Below, in pieces: positions 1 to 9,129 of a DNA stretch of 64,000 bases. Every line of letters starts with the position of its first letter. Positions within the stretch are counted from its first letter, which is position 1. Position numbers and translations under genes: made by a program. The notes beneath the pieces are model-generated. The model was not told where the DNA came from. It worked only from the letters and a program-made list of their open reading frames with translations, and searched no databases. Source of the DNA: Deltaproteobacteria bacterium (GTDB taxonomy: Bacteria; Desulfobacterota; Binatia; UBA12015); NCBI GenBank assembly GCA_016874795.1, contig VGTG01000001.1, positions 22,735 to 86,734 on the forward strand. Direction: 5' to 3'.

Positions 1-497
1 TTCGCACCTGCGGCCTCGCTCCCGCGAAGGCGAAGAACATCGCCGCGCTCTCGCAGATCCTCGTCGAGCGCTTCGACGGCAAGGTTCCGGCGGACATGGA
101 GGCGCTCGAGTCGCTGCCCGGCGTCGGTCACAAGACGGCGAGCGTGGTGATGTGCCAGGCGTTCGGGAAGCCGGCGTTCCCGGTCGACACGCACATCCAT
201 CGTCTGGCGGCGCGCTGGGGGCTCTCGAACGGGCGCAGCGTCGAGCAGACCGAGCGCGATCTGAAGAGCGTGTTCCCGCCGGAGTCGTGGATCCGGCTGC
301 ACCTGCAGATCATCTACTTCGGGAGGCAGTGCTGCCCGGCGCTGCGGCACGACCTCCGGCAGTGCCGGATCTGCTCTTGGGCGGCGACGGCGAAGCGGAT
401 CCGCGAGGAATCGCCGAAGCCGAAAGCGATGCCGAAAGCGACCGGCAAGGCGAAGGCAACGGGAAGAGCGCGGGCGAAGCGCGCCGGCGCCGCCTGA
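1..497 (+). CDS. nth: Endonuclease III-type HhH-GPD DNA glycosylase, 3' part (5' end upstream of window), with Lys/Ala-rich basic tail
   Basis: Frame of ORF 96..497 stays open back to nt 3 (..AKAKNIAALSQILVERFDGKVPADMEALESLPGVGHKTASVV..). Shows helix-hairpin-helix LPGVGHKTA, the PVDTHIHRL catalytic-Asp region and a C-terminal Cys cluster. Confidence 0.8.
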   Translation, partial: RTCGLAPAKAKNIAALSQILVERFDGKVPADMEALESLPGVGHKTASVVMCQAFGKPAFPVDTHIHRLAARWGLSNGRSVEQTERDLKSVFPPESWIRLHLQIIYFGRQCCPALRHDLRQCRICSWAATAKRIREESPKPKAMPKATGKAKATGRARAKRAGAA

Positions 498-520
498 CCG
501 CTCTCCGCCTCCCGAACGCG

Positions 521-1003
521 CTACTTCTTCGCGGCCGGGCTCGCCTCGGCAGCGGGAGCGGCTTCGCCTTGCGGCTTCGTCGCCGCGGGCGACGCGGCGG
601 CCGTCGGGGAAGCACTCGGCGAAGCACTGCTCTGCGGGCTCGCGGTGGCTGCCGCTCCAGGAAGGAGAGCGCGCGACACCTCGCCGATGAAGGCATCGAT
701 GCGTCCGCTGTATGCGGAACCGTCCTTCTGCGTCGCGCAGGCGGCGCCTTCCTCGGCGCGCTCGAACATGCGGTCGCGCCGCGCTTCGGCCTTGCTGAGA
801 CAATCCGACTCGACGGGCGCCTCGGCCTTCAGCGAGCGCTCCCAGCACTGCGCCTTGTCCTTCACTTCCTTGACGAGAGCGCGGAGCTTGATGACCGCGC
901 AGCGCCGCGCATCCATCTCCGCGGCGCCGGCCGTCGAGACGGCGAGCCCGAAGAAGGCCGTCACGGCAGCGGCGATCGCGATCGTTTGCACACCGGTTCT
1001 CAT
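521..1003 (-). CDS. Small secreted Cys-containing Lys/Ala/Glu-helical protein with Ala/Pro/Ser-rich tail (160 aa)
   Basis: Only the last 160 codons of track ORF 521..2416 look real. ATG at 1003 is preceded by GGAGG (cctcc at 1008-1012 on the + strand). Signal peptide MRTGVQTIAIAAAVTAFFGLAVSTAGA, then 4 spaced Cys in K/A/E-rich helices. The rest of the long ORF is antisense to the permease gene. Confidence 0.55.
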   Translation of the reverse strand: MRTGVQTIAIAAAVTAFFGLAVSTAGAAEMDARRCAVIKLRALVKEVKDKAQCWERSLKAEAPVESDCLSKAEARRDRMFERAEEGAACATQKDGSAYSGRIDAFIGEVSRALLPGAAATASPQSSASPSASPTAAASPAATKPQGEAAPAAEASPAAKK

Positions 1004-1059
1004 CGTTCCTCCCAGCTGGCGCACGGACTCCTCGAAGCTGCCGAACTTCGACGGAACGA

Positions 1060-2658
1060 TCAAGGCGAGTCGTCGTGCGCGGCTTCCGAGCGCGGAAGCA
1101 GTGCCGCGCCCCACACGAGGAGCGCGGTCGCGGCATAGCCGAGCGCCACGGCGTACGGCATCGGATCCTCGAGGCGCCAGGGCAGAAAGGTCGCGCCGCC
1201 CGGCAGCGGCGAGTGGATCACGCCGAACAGCGAAGCGACGGCAGCGATCACGAGCGTCGCGGCCGCGGCTCCGAATCGTCCGTCGATCAGGAACGCGAGG
1301 ACGGAGCCATACAGCATCGCGGTGAAGACGAAGCCCGCCGCGAGCACCTGGATCGCCTTGAACGTCGTCGCGGTCGCACCGGGAAGGCTCGCCGGCGTCG
1401 CTCCGGCGCCGTCGAGGATCTCGCCGCCGAGGATCAGGAGCACGTCGGCGAGGATCGGCAGGAAGCAGATCGCGACCGCCGCGGCATGACGGCGCGGCAC
1501 CGCGAGGAAGGCCTGTCCGCCGATCTCGAGGCCGATGTAGACGAGGATCGGCACGACGACGACCTCGGGCAGGGCGTGCACGAGCCACGAGAGGTACCCG
1601 AAGATCCCGCCGAGCCCGACGAACAGCGCCGTCGCGATCGTGTACGCCGCACGTCCGCCCATCTGCTTGTACGCGGGATGCCCGATGTACGGCGTCGTCT
1701 GAATCACGCCCCCGACGAGCCCCGCGACGAGCGTGCTGAAGCCTTCGGTCAGGAGGATCGAGCGCGTGTCGTACGGATCGCCCGCGGCGTTCGCCGACTC
1801 GGTGTTGTCGATGCCGCCGATGATCGTCGCGAACGCGAGCGGCAGAGCGAGCGGCAGGTAGTCGAGCGCCAACTCGAATCCGGCAAGAAAGCCGAGCGTC
1901 GGGATCGGCCAGGTCACGCCGAGAGCGACGGAGCCCCCGACCGGATCGGGCGGCGGCCCGTAGCCGAGGCTCTGGAGCCCGTAGAACGCGGCCGTGCAGA
2001 GCGCAACGATCGCGAGCACCGGCAGGAAGTTCCCCGGGAGGCGCGTGCGCGCGAGCAGCGCGAGGAGGATCAGGAAAAGTGCCACGAGCCCGACGAGCGG
2101 GTTCGCGAAGAGCTTCAGCATCGGCATGAACGCGATCAGGCCGACGCCGATCGCGCCGATCGTGCCGAGCATCGCCGCGGCGGGGACGACGTCGCGCAAG
2201 CGCGCTGCGAGCCAGGTGACGGCGATCTTGAACACGCCCATCATCACCATCAGCGCCATGCCGACCTGCCAGGCGAGCACCGCGTCGCCCGTCTGCCGGT
2301 AGACGGGACCGAGCGCGCCGAAGGTGAGGCCGAAGAGCGAAACCGTGTCGATGCCGAGCGGCATCGCCGTCACGTCGTCGCGCCCGGTGCGGCGCGCGAG
2401 ACGAAACGCGAGCCACGAGTAGATGAGATCGCCGACGAGCACGCCGAACGCCGTCCCCGGCAGCATGCGCGTCAGCACGATCTCGGCCGGGTAGTCGAAG
2501 ACGTGGATCAGGATCGTGCTGAAGACGATCAGCTGGGCGACGTTGTCGAACATCAGGCCCAGGAAGGCGCTGACGTCGCCGGGGCGAGCCCAGACGTACC
2601 GCGGTGCGGAGCCGGAAGGAGCTGCGGGAGGCGCTCCGGAAGGTGCGGTCGACGTCAT
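1060..2658 (-). CDS. Polytopic membrane permease, NCS2/AzgA (xanthine/uracil/vitamin C permease)-like
   Basis: 532-aa ORF that is hydrophobic throughout with more than 10 predicted TM segments. The motifs (MPLGIDTVSLFG, GGIDNTESANAAGD) recall the permease family. Family assignment is by recollection only. Confidence 0.6.
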   Translation of the reverse strand: MTSTAPSGAPPAAPSGSAPRYVWARPGDVSAFLGLMFDNVAQLIVFSTILIHVFDYPAEIVLTRMLPGTAFGVLVGDLIYSWLAFRLARRTGRDDVTAMPLGIDTVSLFGLTFGALGPVYRQTGDAVLAWQVGMALMVMMGVFKIAVTWLAARLRDVVPAAAMLGTIGAIGVGLIAFMPMLKLFANPLVGLVALFLILLALLARTRLPGNFLPVLAIVALCTAAFYGLQSLGYGPPPDPVGGSVALGVTWPIPTLGFLAGFELALDYLPLALPLAFATIIGGIDNTESANAAGDPYDTRSILLTEGFSTLVAGLVGGVIQTTPYIGHPAYKQMGGRAAYTIATALFVGLGGIFGYLSWLVHALPEVVVVPILVYIGLEIGGQAFLAVPRRHAAAVAICFLPILADVLLILGGEILDGAGATPASLPGATATTFKAIQVLAAGFVFTAMLYGSVLAFLIDGRFGAAAATLVIAAVASLFGVIHSPLPGGATFLPWRLEDPMPYAVALGYAATALLVWGAALLPRSEAAHDDSP

Positions 2659-2665
2659 TCCAAGC

Positions 2666-3763
2666 TCAGCTCGCCGGCAGGAGGCAGGAGTGGATGCTCG
2701 ACTCGCCGCCGCTCTCGCCGGCGAGCGTGCGGATCGCTTCTTCCGCGTCCTCGAGCGCGAAGTCGTGCGTGTGCATCCGCTCGAGCGGCACGCGACCCGA
2801 CTCGATCAGGCGGATCGCCGAGTCGTAGCCGCGGCTCGTCACCGCGAAAGCGCCGAGGATCGTGATCTCCTTCACGACGATCAGGTCGCTCACGAAGTCC
2901 GCGACCGGCTTGAAGCCCTTGACGCCCGCGAGGACGACGCGTGCTCCGGTCGCGGCGTAATGGAGCGCCTCGGCGACGGGAACGGTCGAGTTCGAGGAGA
3001 CCTCGACGACGACGTCGGCCCCGCGGCCCTGCGTCAGCTCCTTCACGCGCTTGCGCGCGTTCTCCTGCTCGACATCGATCACGTGGTCGGCGCCGAGCTC
3101 CTTCGCGAGCGCGAGCTTCTTCGCGTCACGCGAGAGTCCCGTCACGAGGATCGTGTCGGCACCCGCGGCTCGGGCCGCGATGACGCTCGCGAGACCGCGC
3201 TGGCCGGGGCCGAGGATGAGCACGGTATCGCCCGGGCCCGTTCCGGGCAGCTCGACGGCCCAGCGGAAGCCCGCGCCGAGCGGATTGAACATCACCGCGG
3301 TGGACGCGGGGATTTCCTTTCGCATCGGATGAACGATCGAGTGCGGATCGAGGTACATCACGTCCGCGTACGCACCCCAGAGGCCGGGCGCGTGCGACAC
3401 GGGCACGTACGAGTAGCCGAACATCCCGCCACGTCCGCGACAGACCTGGTAGCGCCCCTGCAGGCAGGCGCGGCAGTGTCCGCACGGGATCAGCGTCTCG
3501 ACGGCGACGCGATCGCCCGCGTCGACGCCCCAGCGCTTGGCGGCACGGTCGCCGATCTTCTCGATGATCCCGAGCGGCTCGTGGCCGAGGATCACGGGAT
3601 ACGGCGCCGGAAGGACGCCCGCGTACTGCTCGGCGTCGCTGCCGCAGATCCCGCACGCCTCGATGCGAAGGAGAGCACTGTCCTCGTCGATCTCAGGCAC
3701 CGGCAAGTCGCGAAGCTCGAGCTTGCGCGGCGCGGTCTGCACGACGGCGCGGGTCTTCTTCAT
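2666..3763 (-). CDS. Zinc-dependent medium-chain alcohol dehydrogenase/reductase
   Basis: Catalytic Zn motifs EACGICGSD and GHEPLG, a structural Zn Cys cluster (CGHCRACLQGRYQVC) and a Rossmann motif LILGPGQRGL. Confidence 0.9.
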   Translation of the reverse strand: MKKTRAVVQTAPRKLELRDLPVPEIDEDSALLRIEACGICGSDAEQYAGVLPAPYPVILGHEPLGIIEKIGDRAAKRWGVDAGDRVAVETLIPCGHCRACLQGRYQVCRGRGGMFGYSYVPVSHAPGLWGAYADVMYLDPHSIVHPMRKEIPASTAVMFNPLGAGFRWAVELPGTGPGDTVLILGPGQRGLASVIAARAAGADTILVTGLSRDAKKLALAKELGADHVIDVEQENARKRVKELTQGRGADVVVEVSSNSTVPVAEALHYAATGARVVLAGVKGFKPVADFVSDLIVVKEITILGAFAVTSRGYDSAIRLIESGRVPLERMHTHDFALEDAEEAIRTLAGESGGESSIHSCLLPAS

Positions 3764-3809
3764 GTCCTGCGCCTAGCCGCGTCCGGGTAGGGTGGTCAAG
3801 ACGAACGGG

Positions 3810-4196
3810 CTACTCTTCCGGCTCGACCTCGGACTCGGCGAGCTCCCGCAAGACCGGCCGCAAGCGATCGATCTCGTGCTCGAGCGTCGCGAGCGCCGCC
3901 GCGGCGTTGCCGAGCGAGCCGCTCGCGCCGAGAGCCTCGAGGCGGCTCGCGGCTTCCGAAGCATCGTCCGCCGCGAGGACGAGCAACGAGCCCTTCAGCT
4001 TGTGCGCGGCGCGCTGAAGGCTGCGCGCATCTCCGCCCGCGAGGGCACCGCGGATGCTGCTCAGGGCATTCGGGGTGTCCGCGAGGCACATCCCGGCCAG
4101 CTCGACGAGAAGCGACCGCGCGCCTCCGACCCGCTCGAGCGCTTCCGCTTCGTCGATGGGTCGGGGGAGCGCCGACGATCCTCTCGTTTCGTCCAT
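3810..4196 (-). CDS. Stand-alone histidine phosphotransfer (Hpt) domain protein
   Basis: HKLKGS phospho-His motif in a roughly 120-aa helical protein. I prefer the ATG at 4196 because GGGAGG lies about 8 nt upstream; the track ORF extends to 4241. Confidence 0.7.
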   Translation of the reverse strand: MDETRGSSALPRPIDEAEALERVGGARSLLVELAGMCLADTPNALSSIRGALAGGDARSLQRAAHKLKGSLLVLAADDASEAASRLEALGASGSLGNAAAALATLEHEIDRLRPVLRELAESEVEPEE

Positions 4197-4332
4197 GTCG
4201 TGAGCCTCCCGCATCGGAGCGGCGCTTCGAAGATGCACCACTCGCCCCTCCCAAGAGATCGACCGGGCCGCAGTACGTCTTTACCTCGGGCGCCCGTCGC
4301 CTGAGCCGGCGAACGACGCTACAGAGGACGCC

Positions 4333-5556
4333 ATGGAGAGCGTATCGCTGGAAGGGATCGACCTCCTCGGCCTCGAGAGCCATCGCGACGGCCCGCCGCA
4401 CGCGGCGTTCGCGCGGCTCCGCCGCGAGGACCCGGTCCACTGGCATCCCGAGGAGGGCGGCTCCGGCTTCTGGGCCGTGACGCGCTACCATGACGTCGTC
4501 CGCGTCTCGCGCGACTCCGAGACGTTCTCGTCGGAGCGCGGCGGCACGATGGCCTGGGACGCGGACGAGGCCCAGCTCATCGGCCTCCGGCAGATGATGC
4601 TCAACATGGACCCGCCGCGGCACAGCAAGCTGCGCGCGATCGTGAACAAGGGCTTCACGCCGCGCCGCGTCGCCGAGCTTCGCGGGAGGATCGGAGCGCT
4701 CTCTCGGGCGATCGTCGACGAGGCGCTCGCGAAGGAGGCGTTCGACTTCGTCGAGGACGTCGCCGGCGAGCTGCCGTCCTACGTCATCGCAGAGCTGATG
4801 GGCATCCCGCTCGACGACGGACGCGAGCTCTACCGCCTGACGGAGCGCATGCACACCACCGACCGGAGCGAAGCCGGGCGCATGGACGGCGCGCTCGCGA
4901 TCGGCGAGATGATGAACTACTCGCGCCGCGTGCAGGCCGAGCGCCGCGCGAAGCCGGGCGACGACATCGTGAGCGCGCTCCTCGCCGCGGAGGTCGACGG
5001 CGAAAAGCTCTCCGAGTTCGAGCTCGACATGTTCTTCATGCTGCTGATCAACGCCGGCGGCGACACGACGCGAAATCTCGTCGGCGGCGGGATGGAGGCG
5101 CTCTTCGAGCATCCCGAGGAGCGCGCGCGCTTGCAGAGGGACCTCGGCCTCCTCGATTCGGCGGTCGAGGAGATGCTCCGCTGGGTGACGCCCGTGATCC
5201 ACTTCCGCCGCACGGCGACGCGCGACGCGACCCTCGGCGAGCGCCAGATCCGCGCGGGCGACAAGGTCGTCGTCTTCTACACGTCCGCGAACCGGGACGA
5301 GGAGATCTTCCCCGAGCCGGATCGTTTCGACGTCGGCCGCACGCCGAACGAGCACGTCGCCTTCGGCGGCGGCGGAACCCACTATTGCCTCGGCGCGAAC
5401 CTCGCGCGGCTCGAGGGGCGGACGATGCTCGGTGAAGTGCTTCGACGCATGCCGGATCTCGTGCGCACCGGACCGATCGAGCGCCTCCACTCGAACTTCA
5501 TCCACGGGCCGCGGCGGATGCCGGTGTCCGTCCGCCCGCGCGCGGGCGCGACGTGA
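4333..5556 (+). CDS. Cytochrome P450 monooxygenase
   Basis: Heme-thiolate loop FGGGGTHYCLGANLA, ExxR (EEMLRW) and the I-helix NAGGDTT. Confidence 0.92.
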   Translation: MESVSLEGIDLLGLESHRDGPPHAAFARLRREDPVHWHPEEGGSGFWAVTRYHDVVRVSRDSETFSSERGGTMAWDADEAQLIGLRQMMLNMDPPRHSKLRAIVNKGFTPRRVAELRGRIGALSRAIVDEALAKEAFDFVEDVAGELPSYVIAELMGIPLDDGRELYRLTERMHTTDRSEAGRMDGALAIGEMMNYSRRVQAERRAKPGDDIVSALLAAEVDGEKLSEFELDMFFMLLINAGGDTTRNLVGGGMEALFEHPEERARLQRDLGLLDSAVEEMLRWVTPVIHFRRTATRDATLGERQIRAGDKVVVFYTSANRDEEIFPEPDRFDVGRTPNEHVAFGGGGTHYCLGANLARLEGRTMLGEVLRRMPDLVRTGPIERLHSNFIHGPRRMPVSVRPRAGAT

Positions 5557-6017
5557 GCGAAGCGAAGCACCTCCTGATCGTCTTCCATTCGCAGGGCGGT
5601 GGAACGGAGACGATGGCGGAGGCGGCGCGACGCGGCGCCTCGCAGGAGGAAGGCGTCGAGGTCCGCATGCTGCGCGCGCTCGAAGCGGGGCTCGACGACC
5701 TCCTCTGGGCGGGAGCCGTGATCTTCGGGACGCCCGAGAACTTCGGCTACATGTCGGGCGCGCTGAAGGACTTCTTCGACCGCACGTTCTACCCGGCGCA
5801 GGGAAAGGTGAACCAGCTCCCGTACGCCGTCTTCATCAAGGCGGGCAACGACGGCGGCGGCGCGCTGATGAACATCGAGCGCATCGCGAAGGGCTATCCG
5901 CTGCGCAAGGTCGCGGAGCCGATCGTGGCGAAAGGCGCTGTGACGGACGAGGTCCTCGCGCAGTGCGAGGAGCTCGGGCAAACCCTCGCCGCAGGCCTCG
6001 CTCTCGGGATTTTCTGA
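5553..6017 (+). CDS. Flavodoxin-like fold / FMN-dependent NAD(P)H oxidoreductase family protein, likely P450 redox partner
   Basis: N-terminal LLIVFHSQGGGTETMAE flavodoxin-like phosphate loop and GTPENFGYMSGALKDFFD. The GTG start overlaps the P450 stop (GTGA at 5553-5556). Confidence 0.75.
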   Translation: MSEAKHLLIVFHSQGGGTETMAEAARRGASQEEGVEVRMLRALEAGLDDLLWAGAVIFGTPENFGYMSGALKDFFDRTFYPAQGKVNQLPYAVFIKAGNDGGGALMNIERIAKGYPLRKVAEPIVAKGAVTDEVLAQCEELGQTLAAGLALGIF

Positions 6018-6024
6018 GCTCTCG

Positions 6025-7011
6025 TCAGCGCGCGAGGAAGTCGCGGATCGCGCGCGTCGTGTCGGCGGGGCGCTCGAGGACGAAGAAGTGCCCCGCATCG
6101 AGGAAGGCAACCGTGCCGTCGGGCATCGTGCCCTCGATTCCCTCGTAGAACTCGCGCGGCTGACGCGGGTCGTGCTCCCCCTGCAGCACGAGGACCGGAA
6201 ATCGCCAGCTCGAGATCAGGCGCGTGCGGCGATCGATCCACTCCTTCCGGAACGAAGACGACTGGTAGTAGCGCGCGACCGCAGCCCCGACGCCGGGATG
6301 GCTGAACTCGCGCACGGTGCGCATGAGATCGCTCGTCGCGACCAGATGACGGCAGAGCTCCGTGTACGCCGCCGCGACGAGCAGCGCCGGCAAGCGGAGG
6401 ATCTGCCCGCGGATCGGGTCGAGGAAGATCGCTTCCTGCGGCGCGAGCGCCGGATGGAAGTGGTAGAGATGCTGCTGCCCGCGCACGTAGCGACGGATGC
6501 GCGCGGGATGGCTCGCACCAACCCAGTCGCCGAGCACGGAGCCGCGGTCGTGCGTGACGAGGTTCACGCGGTCGAGGCCGAGGACGTCGAACAAAGCGAC
6601 GAGCTGCTCCGCGACGCCCTCGTGACGGTAGTCGCCCGGCGTCTTCTGGCTTTGCCCGTAGCCCTTCAGATCGATCGCGACGACGCGGTGATCCCGCGAC
6701 AGGTCCTCGATCTGCCGGTGCCAGCAAAACCACGAGTCCGGCAGGCCGTGCAGGAAGACGATCGGCTCGCCATGGCCCGCCTCGACGAAGTGCCAGCGGA
6801 TGCGGTCGCCGTCTCCCGGCGCCTCGACGAAGCGATGGATCGCGCGCACCTCGCCGAGCATCTCGACGTCGCCGTCCTCGTTGGGCGAGGGACGTCCTGC
6901 CGCGAGGAGCGACAGCGCACGCCGCGTGGTCGCGACAAGGACGCGCGGCGACATGCGATCCGCGTGTCGCAAGCGCTCCGGAACCTCCGTGTATCGAAGG
7001 GCGTGCGCCAT
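6025..7011 (-). CDS. Alpha/beta-fold hydrolase (epoxide hydrolase / haloalkane dehalogenase-like), last gene of the ebo operon
   Basis: IVFLHGLPDSWFCWHRQ oxyanion-region motif and nucleophile elbow THDRGS. The start lies 3 nt after the eboC stop. Confidence 0.85.
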   Translation of the reverse strand: MAHALRYTEVPERLRHADRMSPRVLVATTRRALSLLAAGRPSPNEDGDVEMLGEVRAIHRFVEAPGDGDRIRWHFVEAGHGEPIVFLHGLPDSWFCWHRQIEDLSRDHRVVAIDLKGYGQSQKTPGDYRHEGVAEQLVALFDVLGLDRVNLVTHDRGSVLGDWVGASHPARIRRYVRGQQHLYHFHPALAPQEAIFLDPIRGQILRLPALLVAAAYTELCRHLVATSDLMRTVREFSHPGVGAAVARYYQSSSFRKEWIDRRTRLISSWRFPVLVLQGEHDPRQPREFYEGIEGTMPDGTVAFLDAGHFFVLERPADTTRAIRDFLAR

Positions 7012-7014
7012 GCG

Positions 7015-7743
7015 TCAGTCTCCGCGAACGTAGCGCTGTCCGAAGCGAGTGAGGAGCATCGCCGCAGCTCCGACCGGGAGCCAGACCGTAGAGACGAGAA
7101 GCGCCAGGATCGCGCCGTCGAGGAGCGCCATTCCCGCGATCATCCAGGGAATCACCGGCCAAGAATAGCGACGACCGCGCTGATTCTCGTGTCGTGCAAC
7201 GACCGTGACGAGAAGCGTCCAGACGAGCTGCGCGATCCCGGCCAGCCACACGAGGCCCGGGACGGTGCCCGCGATCGCGACGGCGGTGACGACGTAGACG
7301 AGCGTCCGCGTCGCGGCCATCAGGAGAACCGTCCATGCCGCGGCCTTGTGCCAGCGGTCGTAGGCCCAGATCACCGCCAGCAGCACGAGGCCCGCGATCA
7401 CCGCGCTCGGATGCGGCGTGAAGAGCAGCAGCGACACACCCGCACCGAGGAGCACGACAGCGAGACGTATCGCCGCTGCCGCCGTGATCCGCCCCGCGGG
7501 GATCGGACGGAACGGCTGCTCGCGGGCGTCCCACTCGCGGTCGCAGAAGTCGTTCAGCACCATACCGCCGCAATACGAAGCGGAGAGCGCGACCATCAGC
7601 AGCAGCACGACGCCCGGCGCGAGAGCCGCGCCGGGCGAGCCGCTCGCGCCGGTGAGAAGCGCCGCCGCCAAGACGTTCATCCACACCGTCGGGAGGTTGC
7701 TGACGCGCGAGATCGCGAGCAGCGTCTTCGTGTCGACGGCCAT
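7015..7743 (-). CDS. eboC: UbiA-family prenyltransferase (EboC-like)
   Basis: Polytopic membrane protein with the NDFCDREWD (NDxxDxxxD) motif, located within the ebo gene set. Confidence 0.8.
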   Translation of the reverse strand: MAVDTKTLLAISRVSNLPTVWMNVLAAALLTGASGSPGAALAPGVVLLLMVALSASYCGGMVLNDFCDREWDAREQPFRPIPAGRITAAAAIRLAVVLLGAGVSLLLFTPHPSAVIAGLVLLAVIWAYDRWHKAAAWTVLLMAATRTLVYVVTAVAIAGTVPGLVWLAGIAQLVWTLLVTVVARHENQRGRRYSWPVIPWMIAGMALLDGAILALLVSTVWLPVGAAAMLLTRFGQRYVRGD

Positions 7744-7764
7744 GGCTCCGTCTCCGTCTTCGTC

Positions 7765-9129
7765 TCAGTCGCGGAAGAGGTGGTCGAGGATGCGATCGCG
7801 CACGTCCACCGCGCGGATCGACGAGGAATCGACGAAGCGCGGCTCGGAAGAAGCGAACACGGGGGTCTCCGGATCCGCGGTCGCGAGGCCGTGCGAGCCT
7901 TTCACGAGCGTCGCGTCGAGCGGCGTCAGCTCCATCGTGTAGCGAAAGCCGAGCGTCTTCCGTGCGAGCGTCAAGCCGGCGCGGACGTACGGCAGCGCGA
8001 GAGCCGGGTCGACGTAGAGCTCGCACGGATCGAAGCCGGGCTTCCGGTGGATCTCGACCATCCGCGCGTAGTCGGGCGCGCGCGCGTCGTCGAGCCAGAA
8101 GTAGTACGTGAACCAGCTGTCGGGCTCGGCGAGAAGCACGATCTCGCCGGACCGCTCGTGGTCGAGGCCGTGCGCGCGCTTCCCCGCGTCGTCGAGGATC
8201 TGCCCGATGCCCGGCACGCCGGTGAAGAGCTCCTTCACCGCGGCGACGTCCGCAGGATCGCCCACGTAGACGTGCGCGATCTGATGATCGGAGACGGCGA
8301 AGGCGCGGCTCGTCCCGGGATCGAGGTACTCGCGGCCGAGGTCGACCTTCACCCGGAGAAGGCCCGCCTCGCGCAGCAGCCGATTCGGGTGCACGGGCCG
8401 GCGTACCGGCACGATGCCGTACTCCGACAGCACGACGACGCGGAGCCCGCGCTCGCGGAAGTGGTCGATCAGCCGCCCCGCGACGGCGTCGATCTCGCCT
8501 AGATCGCGCGAAAGATCGGCTTCCGGACCCTCGCGCTGCAGGCAGTAGTCGAGGTGCGGCAGGTACACGAGCTGCAGCGTCGGCCGAAAGCGCTCCTCGA
8601 CGGCGATCGTCGCGTTCGCGATCCACTCCGAGGAGACGATCGAGGTGTTCGGCCCCCAGAAGTGGAACAGCGGGAACGTGCCGAGCTGCTTCGTCAGGTC
8701 GTCTCGCAGCTCGAGCGGGTACGTGTAGCAGTCCGGCAGCTTCAGCCCGTCCGCGCAGTAGAGAGGACGCGGCGTCAGGGACACGTCCGCGCGGGTCGCC
8801 ATCGCGTACCACCAGAAGGTGTTCGAGGAGGTGAACGACGGATCCCGCTTGCGTGCGACGTCCCAAACCTTGTCGCCCTGCACGAGGCGGTTGCTCTGCC
8901 GCCAGAGCCAGATCTCGCTCAGGTCGCGGAAGTACCAGCCGTTGGCGACGATGCCATGACCGGAGGGCGGCAGGCCCGTCGTATACGTGCTCTGGACGGT
9001 GCACGTGACGGCCGGCAGCACCGGTCCGATCGTCGCGACCTCCTTCGCGAACGCGGCGAGCCGCGGCGTGTGCGCTCCGAGCAGCCGGCGCGTCAGGCCG
9101 ACGACATCAAGGACGACCGTGCGATGCAT
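7765..9129 (-). CDS. eboF: Alkaline-phosphatase superfamily nucleotide pyrophosphatase/phosphodiesterase (EboF-like)
   Basis: LDVVGLT..LPAVTCTVQSTYTTGLPPSGHGIVANGWY metal/nucleophile region typical of type I phosphodiesterase/NPP. It overlaps the eboE 3' end by 23 nt. Confidence 0.8.
   Translation of the reverse strand: MHRTVVLDVVGLTRRLLGAHTPRLAAFAKEVATIGPVLPAVTCTVQSTYTTGLPPSGHGIVANGWYFRDLSEIWLWRQSNRLVQGDKVWDVARKRDPSFTSSNTFWWYAMATRADVSLTPRPLYCADGLKLPDCYTYPLELRDDLTKQLGTFPLFHFWGPNTSIVSSEWIANATIAVEERFRPTLQLVYLPHLDYCLQREGPEADLSRDLGEIDAVAGRLIDHFRERGLRVVVLSEYGIVPVRRPVHPNRLLREAGLLRVKVDLGREYLDPGTSRAFAVSDHQIAHVYVGDPADVAAVKELFTGVPGIGQILDDAGKRAHGLDHERSGEIVLLAEPDSWFTYYFWLDDARAPDYARMVEIHRKPGFDPCELYVDPALALPYVRAGLTLARKTLGFRYTMELTPLDATLVKGSHGLATADPETPVFASSEPRFVDSSSIRAVDVRDRILDHLFRD

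Noticed and set aside
1004-2416. The N-terminal 470 aa of track ORF 521..2416. The same applies to the N-terminal extensions of ORFs 10626..12407, 11764..13923, 14284..15432, 16651..18018, 56029..58809 and 60354..63761.
   Set aside because: Only the C-terminal portions show signal peptides or family motifs, and they have internal starts with an RBS or start/stop coupling. The extensions are Arg-rich and overlap well-supported genes on the other strand.
5894-9004. A 1036-aa ORF. Similar giant ORFs occur at 42991..45774 (927 aa), 46628..49588 (986 aa), 53986..57264 (1092 aa), 24732..27089 (785 aa) and 51300..53975 (891 aa).
   Set aside because: They are Arg/Ala/Pro/Gly-dominated low-complexity translations with no family motifs. 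Each runs antisense or out of frame to genes with clear motifs. This is a typical artefact of stop-codon scarcity at about 70% GC.
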